This document shows positions 27,830-39,904 of a DNA stretch of 64,000 bases, in pieces. Source of the DNA: Vezdaea acicularis (Eukaryota); NCBI GenBank assembly GCA_026025075.1, contig JAPEUI010000013.1:124001-188000 (forward strand), read 5' to 3'. Every line of letters begins with the position of its first letter. Position 1 is the stretch's first letter. The notes beneath the pieces were generated by a model that saw only the letters and a program-made list of their open reading frames with translations, ran no database searches and was not told where the DNA came from. Made by a program: the position numbers and the translations under genes.

Positions 27830-29097
27830 CTATTTGGTTTTCCTCCTCTTTCCTTGATTCCGAACACGAGGCTGAACGACGTGTTTGTTCGATTTCCGCC
27901 GGTTGCGGGTCTTGTAGCCAGATTTCGCCTATGCAGAACTTCAGTATATGGCTCTAAAGACAGGCCATCTGGCACTTACTGGTAGACCCCACGGGCTCAC
28001 AGGATGCACGTTTCCCTTGGATTTGCCTCGTCCGCCTCCGTGGGGATGATCCGCTATATCAGAGCATATATCAGCATCGAACACAGAGTTAAGTCAATGG
28101 GAATGCCTAACGTACAAGCATTCATTGCTACACCCCTTACAGTTGGACGAATATTCAGCCAACGGGATCGACCAGCCTTTCCAAGTTGTCGATGTTGATA
28201 ATCTGGATTGCTCGCAACCCCAATCGTGGCACATGCATTGCTAGAAATCTTCCGGACCTCTCCGCTCTGGAGCCTTACTGTGACGTACTTGCCCTCAACA
28301 TCAGGCTTGCCCTCATTGTCCTTCGCGACTACGGTTGCAAATGTGCCTGCGCTTCTACAGAGCTTTCCGGGCCCCTTAGGTGCCATGCCGACATTAAATA
28401 CCGATGTGCCAATCGGCACCATTCTCAGCGGAAGGCAGTTTCCACGTGATGTGGTTCTTGCTGCCAACATCCCTGGGTCTACAGCGCCCCCCATGCTGGC
28501 CATGAGATCCTCTGGAATGCCTGACAGAAAACTCTCCACAATATCCCCTTCTCGTAGGCCCTCGGCGGCCAATATATAGCTCTTGTGAGCCGCAGGGTCG
28601 AATTTATCGTCTTTCGTCGCCTTGCTCACTAGAGCAATATGGGCGCTTCGGCCAGGATCATACTCGATCCGCTCGACGAAATGCTTTCCTTTCGAAAGTC
28701 GTTGGAAGTCCACGGTCCTTATCCGTCGTTTATGCCCACCTCCATGATGTCGGACAGTCACTTGTCCCGTGTTGTTCCTTCCCCCTTTGCCATGGCCCTT
28801 TTTAGGGAACGTCAGACGCTTGAAAGGCCCACCTTTCCATAAGTGATCGTTGATGGGCCTTATGAGATGGCGAACACCTGGGGTCCGTGGTTTGTAGGTA
28901 CGAAGCGCGAACGTCCCAGCCCTGAAGTCCTGAGGCTTCCCATCACCTGGGCCGAATATGTCTCCCAGAGATGCTTGACTAGCTCCTTGTGACGTTTCAA
29001 CCACAGTTGCGTATCTTCGAAAGGGGGATGGATGGGAAAGGGCGCAATGGCAACGCTGCGACGCTTGCGGCGGCAGACGTATCCGTGGCTGTAGCAT
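27830..29097 (-). CDS. RML2: Mitochondrial large-subunit ribosomal protein uL2m
   Basis: Presequence, [33 protein letters not shown] and [22 protein letters not shown], then spliced exons [17 protein letters not shown] and [15 protein letters not shown]. Confidence 0.95.
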
Positions 29098-29718
29098 AGC
29101 ACTAGTTCTCTTGCGGCGTAAATGCCCCGGTCGGACGTCTTTTGTTCTGCACTGGGCGCCGCGAACAATAGCAAGTTGATCGTTGTGGGTTCACGATGTG
29201 CAGATGAAGAAGTTGGCCTCCACGAGCTTTGGGAGGTTTTTTCGGTAGCCAATCAGGAGCTAGCGACTTTACATGGGCAGGGTAGATGCTATTAAGACTC
29301 CATTCGGAATGCAATTACTACATTGGGCATGACTTTACACCCTCTTCAAAAGCTGTGAAACAGACATCTTCATGATATTGTTGTAAAAGTCATAAGTCAG
29401 CTGGATCTTGATTTCCCGTGATTCGCTCCCGGGTCCGGACGTCATGTACGCTACATCACAGCTACTCCCTCTGCTGTCCCGTAAATAAGGAATTTACAGA
29501 TTTCTGTCAAAGAGAAGTATCTTCCTTATCCCAATTACATAACTTTTTGGATCGCATTGTGTCTCCATTGATGGTTTGGCGGATTAGCTGTCCGTGAAAG
29601 TGCTAGTACAGGGTACCTTTGGCCCGAAATCGAGAAAAGGCAACCGACTTTGACGATGAAAACCAACTTGGAAACTGGTATCAATTTGAAATTTATGTCC
29701 CCAGTAGAGAAAAAAGGA

Positions 29719-29737
29719 TTCGCGTGAAACCACGCGT
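29719..29737. promoter_or_regulatory. Paired CGCG/MCB-like elements upstream of cyclin B
   Basis: ttCGCGtgaaaccACGCGTc, with more CGCG cores at ~29822, ~30065, ~30083 and ~30105. Confidence 0.4.
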
Positions 29738-30676
29738 CTATAAGAATCATCCTCAATTAATATCTGAAAAGACACACAATCCAATTATAAGAACACGCTG
29801 TTGAAGATCTGTGGTACCTGACGCGAGAAATATTTGACATCGTGCCCCGAGACGATCGGTTGCTCGGACACCCCTCCACTTCAGCCACTTGTTTGTGGCG
29901 GTGCGCTGCGTGGTATCTGACCGCGACTTATAGCGCTCCTTGCAGCATGCCTGCAAAAATTTTTTTGCAAATACTTTGACACGATAACTCTTGCATCTGA
30001 TATGCGTGCTACACGCCGTTCCCAATAACTACTATATTCCATCAATTGCATGTCAGTCGGACGACGCGGAGTGCAAAGAATTCGCGGGTCGGTCTCGAAG
30101 CTCTCGCGCTAGGAAGCCAAGCGGCGTTGTTGCGTCCCTTGTCGTCCCAAACAAGCACCACATCCACACCCGACCTGAGCTGTGTTGACTTAAACTGCTC
30201 TACGGTCCACCTCCAATTCTCCTAGCATCCTCGAAGAATTGCATACTCGAGCTCCCATCCCATTCCCCAGTACTACCTTAGCTATCAGCTATTCCTACAA
30301 CAAGGAAAGTCAATCGCCCAGGTCCTACTCGCGTGTCACCGGCACGCTGCTCGTTCAGTACCCAGCGGCACTGCTTACTCGTGGATGCAACGAGTGCAGA
30401 TAGCTCCCCAAGCCCGATCTCTCTCACGTTCCAGTCTCGTGGGCTCCTAGAACCTCGACAGTATATCCTGCTTCTGCTACGTAATTATTCGACATTGCTG
30501 CAGACTGTGCCTCAAACGACTGGGTAGTCAAAGTCTGCTCGTTAATTGCAACAACCCTCTTCTCACGATAGCGATCATACAATCTCTCGCGTCTTGTCGT
30601 CCACGACGGCAGGCCCGTGTCCTTGCGTAGACTTTACATACACTTACCTGTGTTATTATTGTCGCTCCACATCATA

Positions 30677-32349
30677 ATGCCAGCCGTAGGTCTCTCCCAT
30701 CTAGCACAAGACACGCGCCCTCAAACTATCCTGAGGCTGTCTCCCCACTCCCTCGGCACTGAGAATATTTGATTAACATTGTTTGACGTACCAGGGAAGC
30801 ATGGCACGGCGAAAAGCCGTAAGTAATGAGAACGACGAGAACAGTGGGACTACGCGCGTGACCAGGGCGAAGGCCGCCGCGCTTAGTGTAGACGATACTT
30901 CAAGCGGCGGTCCAGCCAAGAAACCTCTTCAATCCAAGAAGTCTGCAGCGAGCACTCAGAACGCCACCGCTGGAGCCACGCGGAAGCGCGCTGCCCTCGG
31001 GGATGTGAGCAATGTTAATAAATCAGATATTACTGACAGCAAGGAGCTGAAGAAGGCCGTCAGTTCGAAGGTTGGACTGGTATCAAAGGCCTCTCAAACC
31101 GCGGGCGTCACTAAAGCCTCGCGTGCCAATTCAACTCGCTCCGTTCTCGGCGTTAAGGATAATAACAAGAAGGCTACTGGATCTGAACTGAAGCGTCCTG
31201 CCAGTGGTTCAGGTGTTATGGGGGCAGTACATAAGAAGCGAAATACTAGCTCGGCATCTAGCTCCAAGTTAGTCAAGGAGGAAGAGACTGGGCCACGGAA
31301 GAAGACCTTCACTGTCGAGGTGGAGTCACATCAGACCGACAAGGCAGAGCTGGAAGCAGATGTCCAGGCGAATAGCGGTTCTGCAGTCCCAGCTGGCGTG
31401 CGTGATCTCGACCCTGAAGATATAGACGACCCACTCATGGTGGCCGAATATGTGGGCGAAATCTTCGAATATCTTCAAGTCCTCGAGGAAGCGACCATGC
31501 CAAACCCAGACTACATGAGCCATCAGGACGACCTAGAGTGGAAGATGCGTGGTATTCTTGTTGATTGGCTCATCGAGGTCCACACACGTTTCCACTTACT
31601 ACCCGAAACACTCTTCCTTGCAGTCAATATAATTGACCGCTTCCTCTCCAACAAGAAGGTTCAACTGGACCGCCTCCAGCTCGTCGGTGTCGCTGCCATG
31701 TTCATCGCCTCCAAATACGAAGAGGTCCTATCGCCACACGTTGCTAACTTCCGCCACGTTGCAGATGATGGTTTCACCGTGCAAGAGATTCTCAACGCAG
31801 AGCGTTTCATTCTCCAAACTCTCAACTATGACCTCAGCTATCCAAATCCCATGAACTTCCTCAGGAGAATATCGAAAGCGGACAACTATGACATCCAAAC
31901 CCGTACAATTGGCAAGTACTTGATGGAGATTAGCCTTCTGGATCATAGGTTTATGGAGTATCAACCAAGCCACATTGCTGCTGCCGCAATGTATCTTTCT
32001 CGACAGATTCTCGAAAGGGGCGAATGGGTACGTACCTGCTAATCGAGGATATGATGAGTCTAACCTAACCGTTCTCAGAATGCAACACTGGCTCATTACG
32101 CTGGTTACACCGAGGAGGAAATCCTGCCTGTGTTCGAGCTTATGATCGACTATCTTGCTCGTCCGGTGACACACGAAGCATTCTTCAAGAAGTATGCCGG
32201 AAAGAAATTCATGAAAGGTGTGTTTTCTCTTACAGAAAGGTCAAGTACAGCGCTGACTCTTCATCCTAGCCTCTATCCTCACACGTCGCTGGGCCAAGGA
32301 TAATGCTACAAAATTCGGGGTAGACGTTACGAAGCCTGCCGTTCGGTAG
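30677..32349 (+). CDS. nimE: G2/M B-type cyclin (NimE/Clb2-like)
   Basis: 9-nt first exon MPA, intron 30686-30794, destruction box RAALGDVSN, cyclin box MRGILVDWLIEVHTRFHLLPETLFLAVNIIDRFLS, ASKYEE and PNPMNFLRRISKAD. Two further introns; ends ..KPAVR*. Confidence 0.95.
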
Positions 32350-33887
32350 CCCTACTTACTCCTTATTCCCTAATTGCCACGCTAGCCACCTCGAATCACT
32401 TCTAACACCATCAACATCTCTTAATGGTTTTACGACGGATATATTGGTGCATTGGCTGGGCCGAGGACTGAACATCCTTTACGATCGCGGATTAGATGAC
32501 TCTTTCTCATGGGCGGGGGTGTGATACATACTTAACTTTCCTCTCCTCGCCATGTTACCACCAACTCAACCTCATTCTGAGAGGAAAGCCTACTGTGTAT
32601 TCCGCACTACCTCCCTCATCCTCTTATCTCCTCTTCAAGAGTCCCATAGCAAGGGATACCAGGAAGGAAATTAGGCACTGCTCTTACATCACGGCGTTGC
32701 GGACTCTTCTGCTTTTCACACCCTCTTCAAACACATCCCCAGGAAAAATCGACACGGGCACAAACACTTGTATCAGCTTTTTTTCTCTCAAAGGGCGCGA
32801 TCGTTGTTGGCTGGGATCTGGCTTGGCTTGGCTTTTGCTTGCTTTGTTTGCATATCAAGCCCTTCCCCCCCCAAGTAAACTTTCCTATCCGCAGGCTTTG
32901 GGGGAAATGCGCTTTGGACACTGTACCTGAGGCATAGCTTTGCGCAATCCGAAAATCCTTCTTCTGTCATTGACCCGCCCGGCCCCGTGAAATTCTAGTA
33001 CCACCGCCGATGCACTCGCAATCTGGTCTATCCGCCAGCGTGACCACAGTTCTACGAACCCTGCGATCCGGGTTATTGTCGCTCGGTATGTCTGTAGCTT
33101 TGATGCCACCATATCCTTCCCCCGGCCCCTCCCTGTTCCACACGCAGCATCGTAAGTTTCAGCACGCAAGACCCCGCTGCTCTGGCTACCCTTCCTGTGA
33201 ACGCCCCAGCTTGATCGACCTCCCACGTAATGCTCCTCACTCACGACATCCCTGTTCTGGAAGGGACATCTTGAGGGGTTTTGTTGTTGCATGCTCTGGC
33301 GCGGTAGGGCATAGGAGGGGGAGGTGTGGCTGACCGTGTGCGGCTTCTCTTGCTTGGCGCTGGTTGGGGGAAGGAGGGTCATTGGGATTGGAGCCCTTGG
33401 GAGGGAGGTGGTGTACTATTGTGTGGGGCGTAAGAGCTTGTTCGTTACTAAGTCATTCAGTGAAGCGTGGAGAAGACTTGACGGCCTGATTATAGGCGAG
33501 GTTTTGAGTGAAGATGTGGACATGGGGGGACGATGGGACGGGGAGGATGCGGTGGGGCTGGCGGATTGGGTATGGGAGAAGGGGAGGCAGGAGGTGGAGA
33601 GGATACTAAGGGAGAGGGAACTGCGAATGGAGGCTCTTGGTTTTTCGAGGTGATGGTCTAACGTATATCTGGGTAATGGGTACATGCTGCAGAAATGATT
33701 ACCATGCACGTATGTCAAGTTCATGTCACTGCTGGGGAGAAAGAAGTAGAATTCATAACTCATTGATACTTGATGCAGCATAATAAGTGAAGCCTTAACT
33801 TTGCCTCCAAGTACCCTCCCCCCAAAGTCCTAGTACAGACATGTAGTGGTTACAAGGGGCACCGCCACGGATTTTTCTGCTTTATAT

Positions 33888-34463
33888 TTACAGACCGATA
33901 GCCAGAGCTAAGACACCAGCGGCACCGACGGCCATTCCAGCGAACGCACCAGTCGGGCGAGCGGCAAGACCCGAGGAAGAGGAAGAGCTGGCGGAGGAGC
34001 TCGCAGCGCTAGCCTTCGAGGAGGCGGCCGAGGAGGCGCTCGAGGCGCTCGAAGCGCTCGAGCTTGCCTTGGCGGACGAGCCAGAGCCAGTGCTGGTGCC
34101 AGTGGCGGTAGCGGCGGAGCTGGCTACAGCGGCGTTGGAGGCTGAAGCGGAGGCGAAGGCCGTCGAGAAGTAGCTCTTGGCGTCGGGTGGCAGAGAGGAG
34201 AACCAGCCCGGGACGGAGCCGGCGTAGTAGGCCGAGTAGAGAGAGGCCTGCCCGGCGGTGCCTTGGAGAGCGGCAAGGTCGGAGGCGGGGATGGCGGTGA
34301 GGAGCTCGGAGAGGATGTTTGCTGGTGGTGTAGCAGGTTGGTTTCTGTTGAAATGTTAGGAGGAACTTGTCAAGATGCAGAGGGAGCTTGAGGGTCCTTA
34401 CTGAGCGGCGGCAAACGTGGCCAAGGCCGAGACAGCAGCGAGGACGATGGTCTTGGGATACAT
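33888..34463 (-). CDS. Secreted Ser/Ala-rich GPI-anchored cell-wall protein (absent from the ORF track)
   Basis: Exon 1 is signal peptide MYPKTIVLAAVSALATFAAA; intron ~34401-34345 (GTAAGG..CTAAC..CAG). Exon 2 reads NQPATPPANILSELLTAIP..VPGWFSSLPPDAKSYF, then a Ser/Ala tract and a GPI signal SSSGLAARPTGAFAGMAVGAAGVLALAIGL*. Upstream TATAAC at ~34610. Confidence 0.88.
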
Positions 34464-36958
34464 ATTGCTGGCTATACGACTCAACTAAGAGCTTATAGAC
34501 TTTGTGAGATTGAAATGGATTGACTGGTTTTGGTAGAGTGCGATTTTGCGTAAGTTCACGGGGTGGCTTCAGAAAGGTTTCAGGCACGAGATTGGGGCGA
34601 GAGCTTGGTTATATAGGCCCGTCAGACCGTCATCGCAGGAAAGTGCAGTTTTGCTAGTCTCGTGTCCTGATTGGCGGATGGCGACTGTCCTCAGGGGGGC
34701 GCCGCCAAGCGGAAAGCGACGCCGGCCCTCAACCTTGGGATGGCCTTCAGCCAACCCATGCCTGTTCGCGGCCATGGCCGAATTGGAGCATCGCGGCTGT
34801 TCGCGACTGGCTCAGGCGTAGTTTAGCCACGATCATCCGCATGCCGAGGTCGAGGTCGAGGCAGCTTCTTCCGTGTTGGCTGCCCCCAGCAACCGGATGT
34901 TGTGGTGTGGAGTGCAGCCAAGCCGACGCTAATGCTGATGCGGGCAAGGCAGGGTTACCCTTTGCCAAGCAAGACGTGAGCTAAGCATTTGCATGTTGCA
35001 CGATGACCGATGTCTCTCCTTCAGCTCGACCTTCCCAGCACTGGTCGATCCAACGGTCCACAGCCCATCGGCACAGTCGAACTGGATGCGCAACCTCCCA
35101 CGCACGCAGACGGTAACTTCCAGACAGAACTGGAATTGAAAGCAAAGAACAACGGCAAATTCCGCTGCTCAATATGCATCACGTCGCCCATACTGGGGAT
35201 GGTGGAACGCTGTGTGGCCCCCATCAACGTAATACAAAGCCGCACGACCTAGCTCGCAGTAGGAATGGGCTGAAAGGGTGGATGGCAATTTGGGATAGAA
35301 TTCTTGGCGCTGGCGGGCTTTGCCAGGCCAATTGCATTCGCAAGATATTGCGAACGTGGGGCCTTGACGTCGTTTGTGTTTTCCATTGGGGCGGCGTCGC
35401 GCTTATTGGTGGAGCGGGGAATCCGCGGGCTGCACACAAATGCGGAGAAGGAGCTCAAGTCTTGCGCGTGAAAGGATACGCCACTGAAGGACGAATCACC
35501 TTACGTGCTCTGACCTTGCCCTTCCGCCATCCAGGACTGCGACCGTCCGTCCGGCCCCCGATCGACACTCAGTCCCACCCGCGAAAGGCCTCTCCGGATA
35601 GAGCACCGAAGTCCGGGGACGGTACCGAGGTAATGTCTCTCTAGTGGAGTCCGTGCCCGCCATGACACCAGTGGGGTTCACTGGGGCTTGTTTTGCTTGA
35701 GGAACGAAAAGCGATTGAGGAGTGCCTGGTCATCCGGCCTGGGCGTTCCACGACCAGTTTCTTGGGCCGTTTTTTGTTTTATCCAAAATTTTCGATATGA
35801 CCCTGAAACTTAGCCGTCTTTAATGCGCAACTGTAAGCGCATGGAACTACTCGTGCATTTCTGGGTCTTGACATCCAAGCCCTTGCATGTTTCCCTCCCG
35901 CTTCGTCCTCCCGTCCTGCACCCAGTTGCAGATCGCGGTACAAAGCGGCAGTGCGTGCAGGCCCATCGACAGATACTAAGTGGACTGGACCGTGGGAAAA
36001 GTCGGTGTTCTGGGCTGGGGTCCGCATCCTCTTGGCTTCGGGCGTCTGTTTCGATATCAAGATGAAACGCGACGCGGGATAGGCAGAGAGGGAAGCGCGG
36101 GTACGAACTCCGATTGCACCTAACGAGGCACTTCTAGGCCTTCTTTGCAGATAGTCATTGAGGACGAGAGAGCCTTACTATAGGTGATAGTCAATTGGGA
36201 TCGTTCATAACCTTGTCTCAAAGGGGCATTGCTACGTGCTTCTGTCTGCTTTGAAAGAGTAAGGCTGAGAGCCACTACTGCTCCTCTCGTGCGGGGACTC
36301 AAATGGGATACGGTGGGATTGGAGGTCAATGCCGTCGGCTTATCATATTTCTACCCGTCAACTTGAAAGAATATAGGTTGATATGATGCCGGACAGTAAG
36401 GGTGCACAACTGGGCACAGACGTTGCTGGATGAAGTACCCTTCTATCTAATTCGAGAGAAAGGTACTTCGAGATGTTTCTATCCTCACTTTCCCTATTTA
36501 GCCTACAATTGATACCAACTACTGGGATTCTTTCACTTCTCCCCACTATTGGGCGAGCTTGACAGCGGTATCGATTCTGACGATCTTATCTAATAGAGGC
36601 GTTGGTGTCGTAGAGTAGTTGTAGTAATCAGCTGTGTGCATGTGGAAGAACGCCAAGGTGCTTATGCGTAACTATCGAGATTTCTGTTCACCTCATACGC
36701 TCATTCATTGACCCTTTGGCATATCCCTTCAGCCATGTATCAGCATGGGTTTTTTTCCCAGACTCTCCCGACCTCATCTCCACGCGGCAGATACTGATTG
36801 AGCTCAATGTGTTTGTAAGCTCGGTGTTTCTTCGGCTTTTGAAGCCGACGTCATTGGCGGGTGGCAATGATGTATTCCCCGCGTCGCCAGATCGCAATCA
36901 TGTAGTACATAAATATTTGATTGACTCAATTGAAGCCCTCAATCTCTCATAAACTTCT

Positions 36959-38086
36959 ATGTTCGCACAGTCTGTAAGAAGAATAGCTTCTGCAAGGGTA
37001 TCTCAGCTTTCGAAGCAATTGACACAGACTAGAAACATGGCATCAATCACAAAATTCAAGCTCAATACAGGGCAGACAATTCCAGCAATTGGCTTTGGAA
37101 CTTGGCAGGACAAAGATGCCCAGGAGGAAGCCGTCACCGAGGCCTTGAAGTGTGGCTACCGTCACATTGACACTGCACGGATTTATGGTACTGAGCCCGC
37201 CGTCGGAAAAGCCATCAAGAGGAGCGGCATCCCAAGAGACGAGCTCTTTATAACCACGAAACTTTGGAATAACAAGCACCACCCCGAAGATGTTCAGAAG
37301 GTAAATTTTAAACTCAAGTCATGTATGGGAATGTCTAACGTCACTTTAGGCTCTCGACGACTCGTGCGCAGACCTTGGCGTTGAGTACGTTGACCTCTAC
37401 CTCATGCACTGGCCGGTCGCTTTCCAGCGTGGCGACAGCCCCTTCCCCAAGAAAAATGACAAGACTCAGGTGGAGGATATCGACTATGTTGATGTAAGTC
37501 TTCTTTTATTGAACCAATGGCGCTCCTTTACCACGTATCTGACATCATGCAGACTTACAAAGCATTGGAGAAGACTCTCAAGTCTGGAAAGACCAAGGCA
37601 ATAGGAATTTCGAACTTCTCAAAGGCTGAGGTCGAGCGGCTGTTAAAGGAGACTTCCGTTGTACCAGCTGCTCACCAATTGGAATTGCACCCATGGTTAC
37701 AGCAGACCGCCTTCACCGACTTCCACAAGAAGAAGGGCATCCATATCACCCAATACTCGCCTTTTGGCAACCAGAACGCGACTTACTCGTCCCATGGCCA
37801 TATGGGTAAACTTATGGATGATCCAGTATTAGTCAAGATTGGAAAGGCACACAACAAAACCGGCGCTCAGGTTGCGCTCGCGTGGGGTATCGCCCAAGGG
37901 CACAGTGTTATCCCGAAATCCAAGACGCCTGCTAGACTAAAGGCCAATCTGGAGGGAGACTTTAAGCTCAGCGCTGAGGAATTGAAGGAGATTTCGACGA
38001 TCGACCACAAACTTCGGTTCAACGACGCTTCGGAGTCGTTCGGGTACGATTTCTTTACCGACCTGGAGGGTAAGCACTCGAAATAG
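36959..38086 (+). CDS. Aldo-keto reductase (Gcy1/Ypr1-type NADP-dependent glycerol dehydrogenase family)
   Basis: [53 protein letters not shown] and VIPKS motifs; introns ~37300-37349 and ~37494-37552. Confidence 0.93.
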
Positions 38087-38425
38087 AGCAACTACTCCCG
38101 AGCTTCTCTGAGCACGTCTTATAAATTAGCATAGCAAAATCAAAACATTTAAATCACTTATGAATGAAATGGTTTGAGGTTCATTGGCCAATATCCAGAC
38201 CCTGACCTAGCGTGACCCCATGCATGATGCAGGAAGCGAGAAGTTCAAACGACTTTCTTGCATCAAATTGCTGCCTCAGCCCCATGATGACTACTGCACA
38301 ACATCCAATCACTGCAGCATTGCTAAACAAGGCAGAGAGCCTCATTACGCTGATGCCATAGTCCTGGACTATCAGGACCTATCCTCCTCACCTGCTCACC
38401 ATACGGCACCTAATATCACATCAGC

Positions 38426-39609
38426 ATGTCCTCCACCTCCCCCGACCCCTCAAACAGCGCATCCCCCCCAAACCTCCCACTCATTCCTGCCGCCCTCGCA
38501 AACGTTGAAATCGACGATGAGCTCGTCCGTCAACAAGCTGAAGCCTACCGTGTCGCCGGCGTCGACGAAAGCGAGCCCGTCCGCCCGACCAAGAAGCGGA
38601 AATATGTTTATACAAACGGTGACGAGGTGAGTTCCTCTTCTTTCAAGTCCTTCAGCAGCGCAGCACCCCCAGCTAACACTGTGTTACCAAGGTCGACGGC
38701 CGTGGCAAAGCGCCTAAGCAAGCGTCCGCAAAAGGCAAGCCGGAGAAAGAAGTGAAGGAAAGGAAGAACACAGCCGTGTACATCACCAACCTTCCCCCCG
38801 ACACGACCCTCTCGGAAGTCGAGACGGTCTTCAGCAAATGCGGCGTCATCGCCGAAGAGATCTCCACGCGTGCCCCCCGCATAAAACTCTACACCGACCC
38901 CACGACCTCAAACTTCAAAGGCGACGCGCTCGTCGTCTACTTCCGCGCCGAAAGCGTCCAGCTCGCCGTACAGATGCTGGACGACACGCCCCTTCGCCTC
39001 GGCGAGAGTGCCCGCATGAAAGTCCAAGCCGCTGACTGGAGCTACAAAGCCCAGCAGGAAGTGCCTACCGAAGCTGCTGCAGGAGAGTCTGGAGCCGCCG
39101 GAGCGCGCCCCGGCAAGCCCAAGGGCGAGCGCGCCAAAGTCATCAAGAAGACACAGAAGATGAACAGTAAACTCGCGGACTGGTCCGACGACGAATCGCC
39201 CTTCGCGGACCTCCCCAACCCCAACGCCGCCAAGACCACGAAATGGGACCGTGTCGTTATCTTAAAGCATATGTTCACGCTCGCGGAGCTGGAAGAGGAT
39301 CCCGCTGCGCTGCTGGACATCAAGTCGGATATCCGCGAGGAGTGCGAGAAGCTGGGCCAAGTCACCAACGTGGTCCTTTTTGATCTGGAGGAGGAAGGCG
39401 TGGCGAGTGTGCGCTTCAGGGATGTCGAGGCGGCGAGGCAGTGTGTTCGCGTCATGAATGGTCGCTTCTTTGGCGGCATGACCGTCGTGGCGTATGTGGC
39501 GGATGGCTCTGAGAAGTTTAGGAGGAGTAAAGGGAGTGCGGCGGAGGATGGGGAGGAGGGGGAGAGACTGGAGCGGTTCGGGGAGTGGTTGGACGAGGGC
39601 GGAGAGTGA
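38426..39609 (+). CDS. CUS2: U2 snRNP-associated splicing factor Cus2/Tat-SF1 (RRM + UHM)
   Basis: IDDELVRQQAEAYRVAGVDE, intron 38627-38691, RRM1 NTAVYITNLP..FKGDALVVY, KLADWSDD and UHM VVILKHMF..DIREECEKLGQVTNVVLFD..MNGRFFGG. Start codon uncertain. Confidence 0.88.
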
Positions 39610-39904
39610 GTTGGCGTGGGCCGTGGGGATAGGGGAGGAGCATCGGGCGGCTTGCATGTGATGGAGACACTCTACTGTGGGACAACGGATATAGGGAATT
39701 TATTTTTTCAGGAGTCGGAGCTTTCCCTGGTATGATCGCTAGCTATCAGGAGGGCTTCCATAGTACAATTTTCAGGACAATCCAAAACTAACAGCTCATT
39801 CCAAACGCCGGATATCCTTGTACAATGCAGCCAATAACAGCACATGCTTATGAGCATCACAAGTCGCACGGAACCGCCATGATCGCTAGCCTCATGGGTT
39901 GTCC

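Noticed and set aside
34009..34587. 192-aa Arg/Leu-rich minus-strand ORF
   Set aside because: Alternate-frame shadow of the spliced GPI cell-wall gene.
34464..36958. Short ORFs in the long gap between the GPI gene and the AKR
   Set aside because: No recognisable motifs, codon bias or splice-supported model; treated as regulatory DNA.
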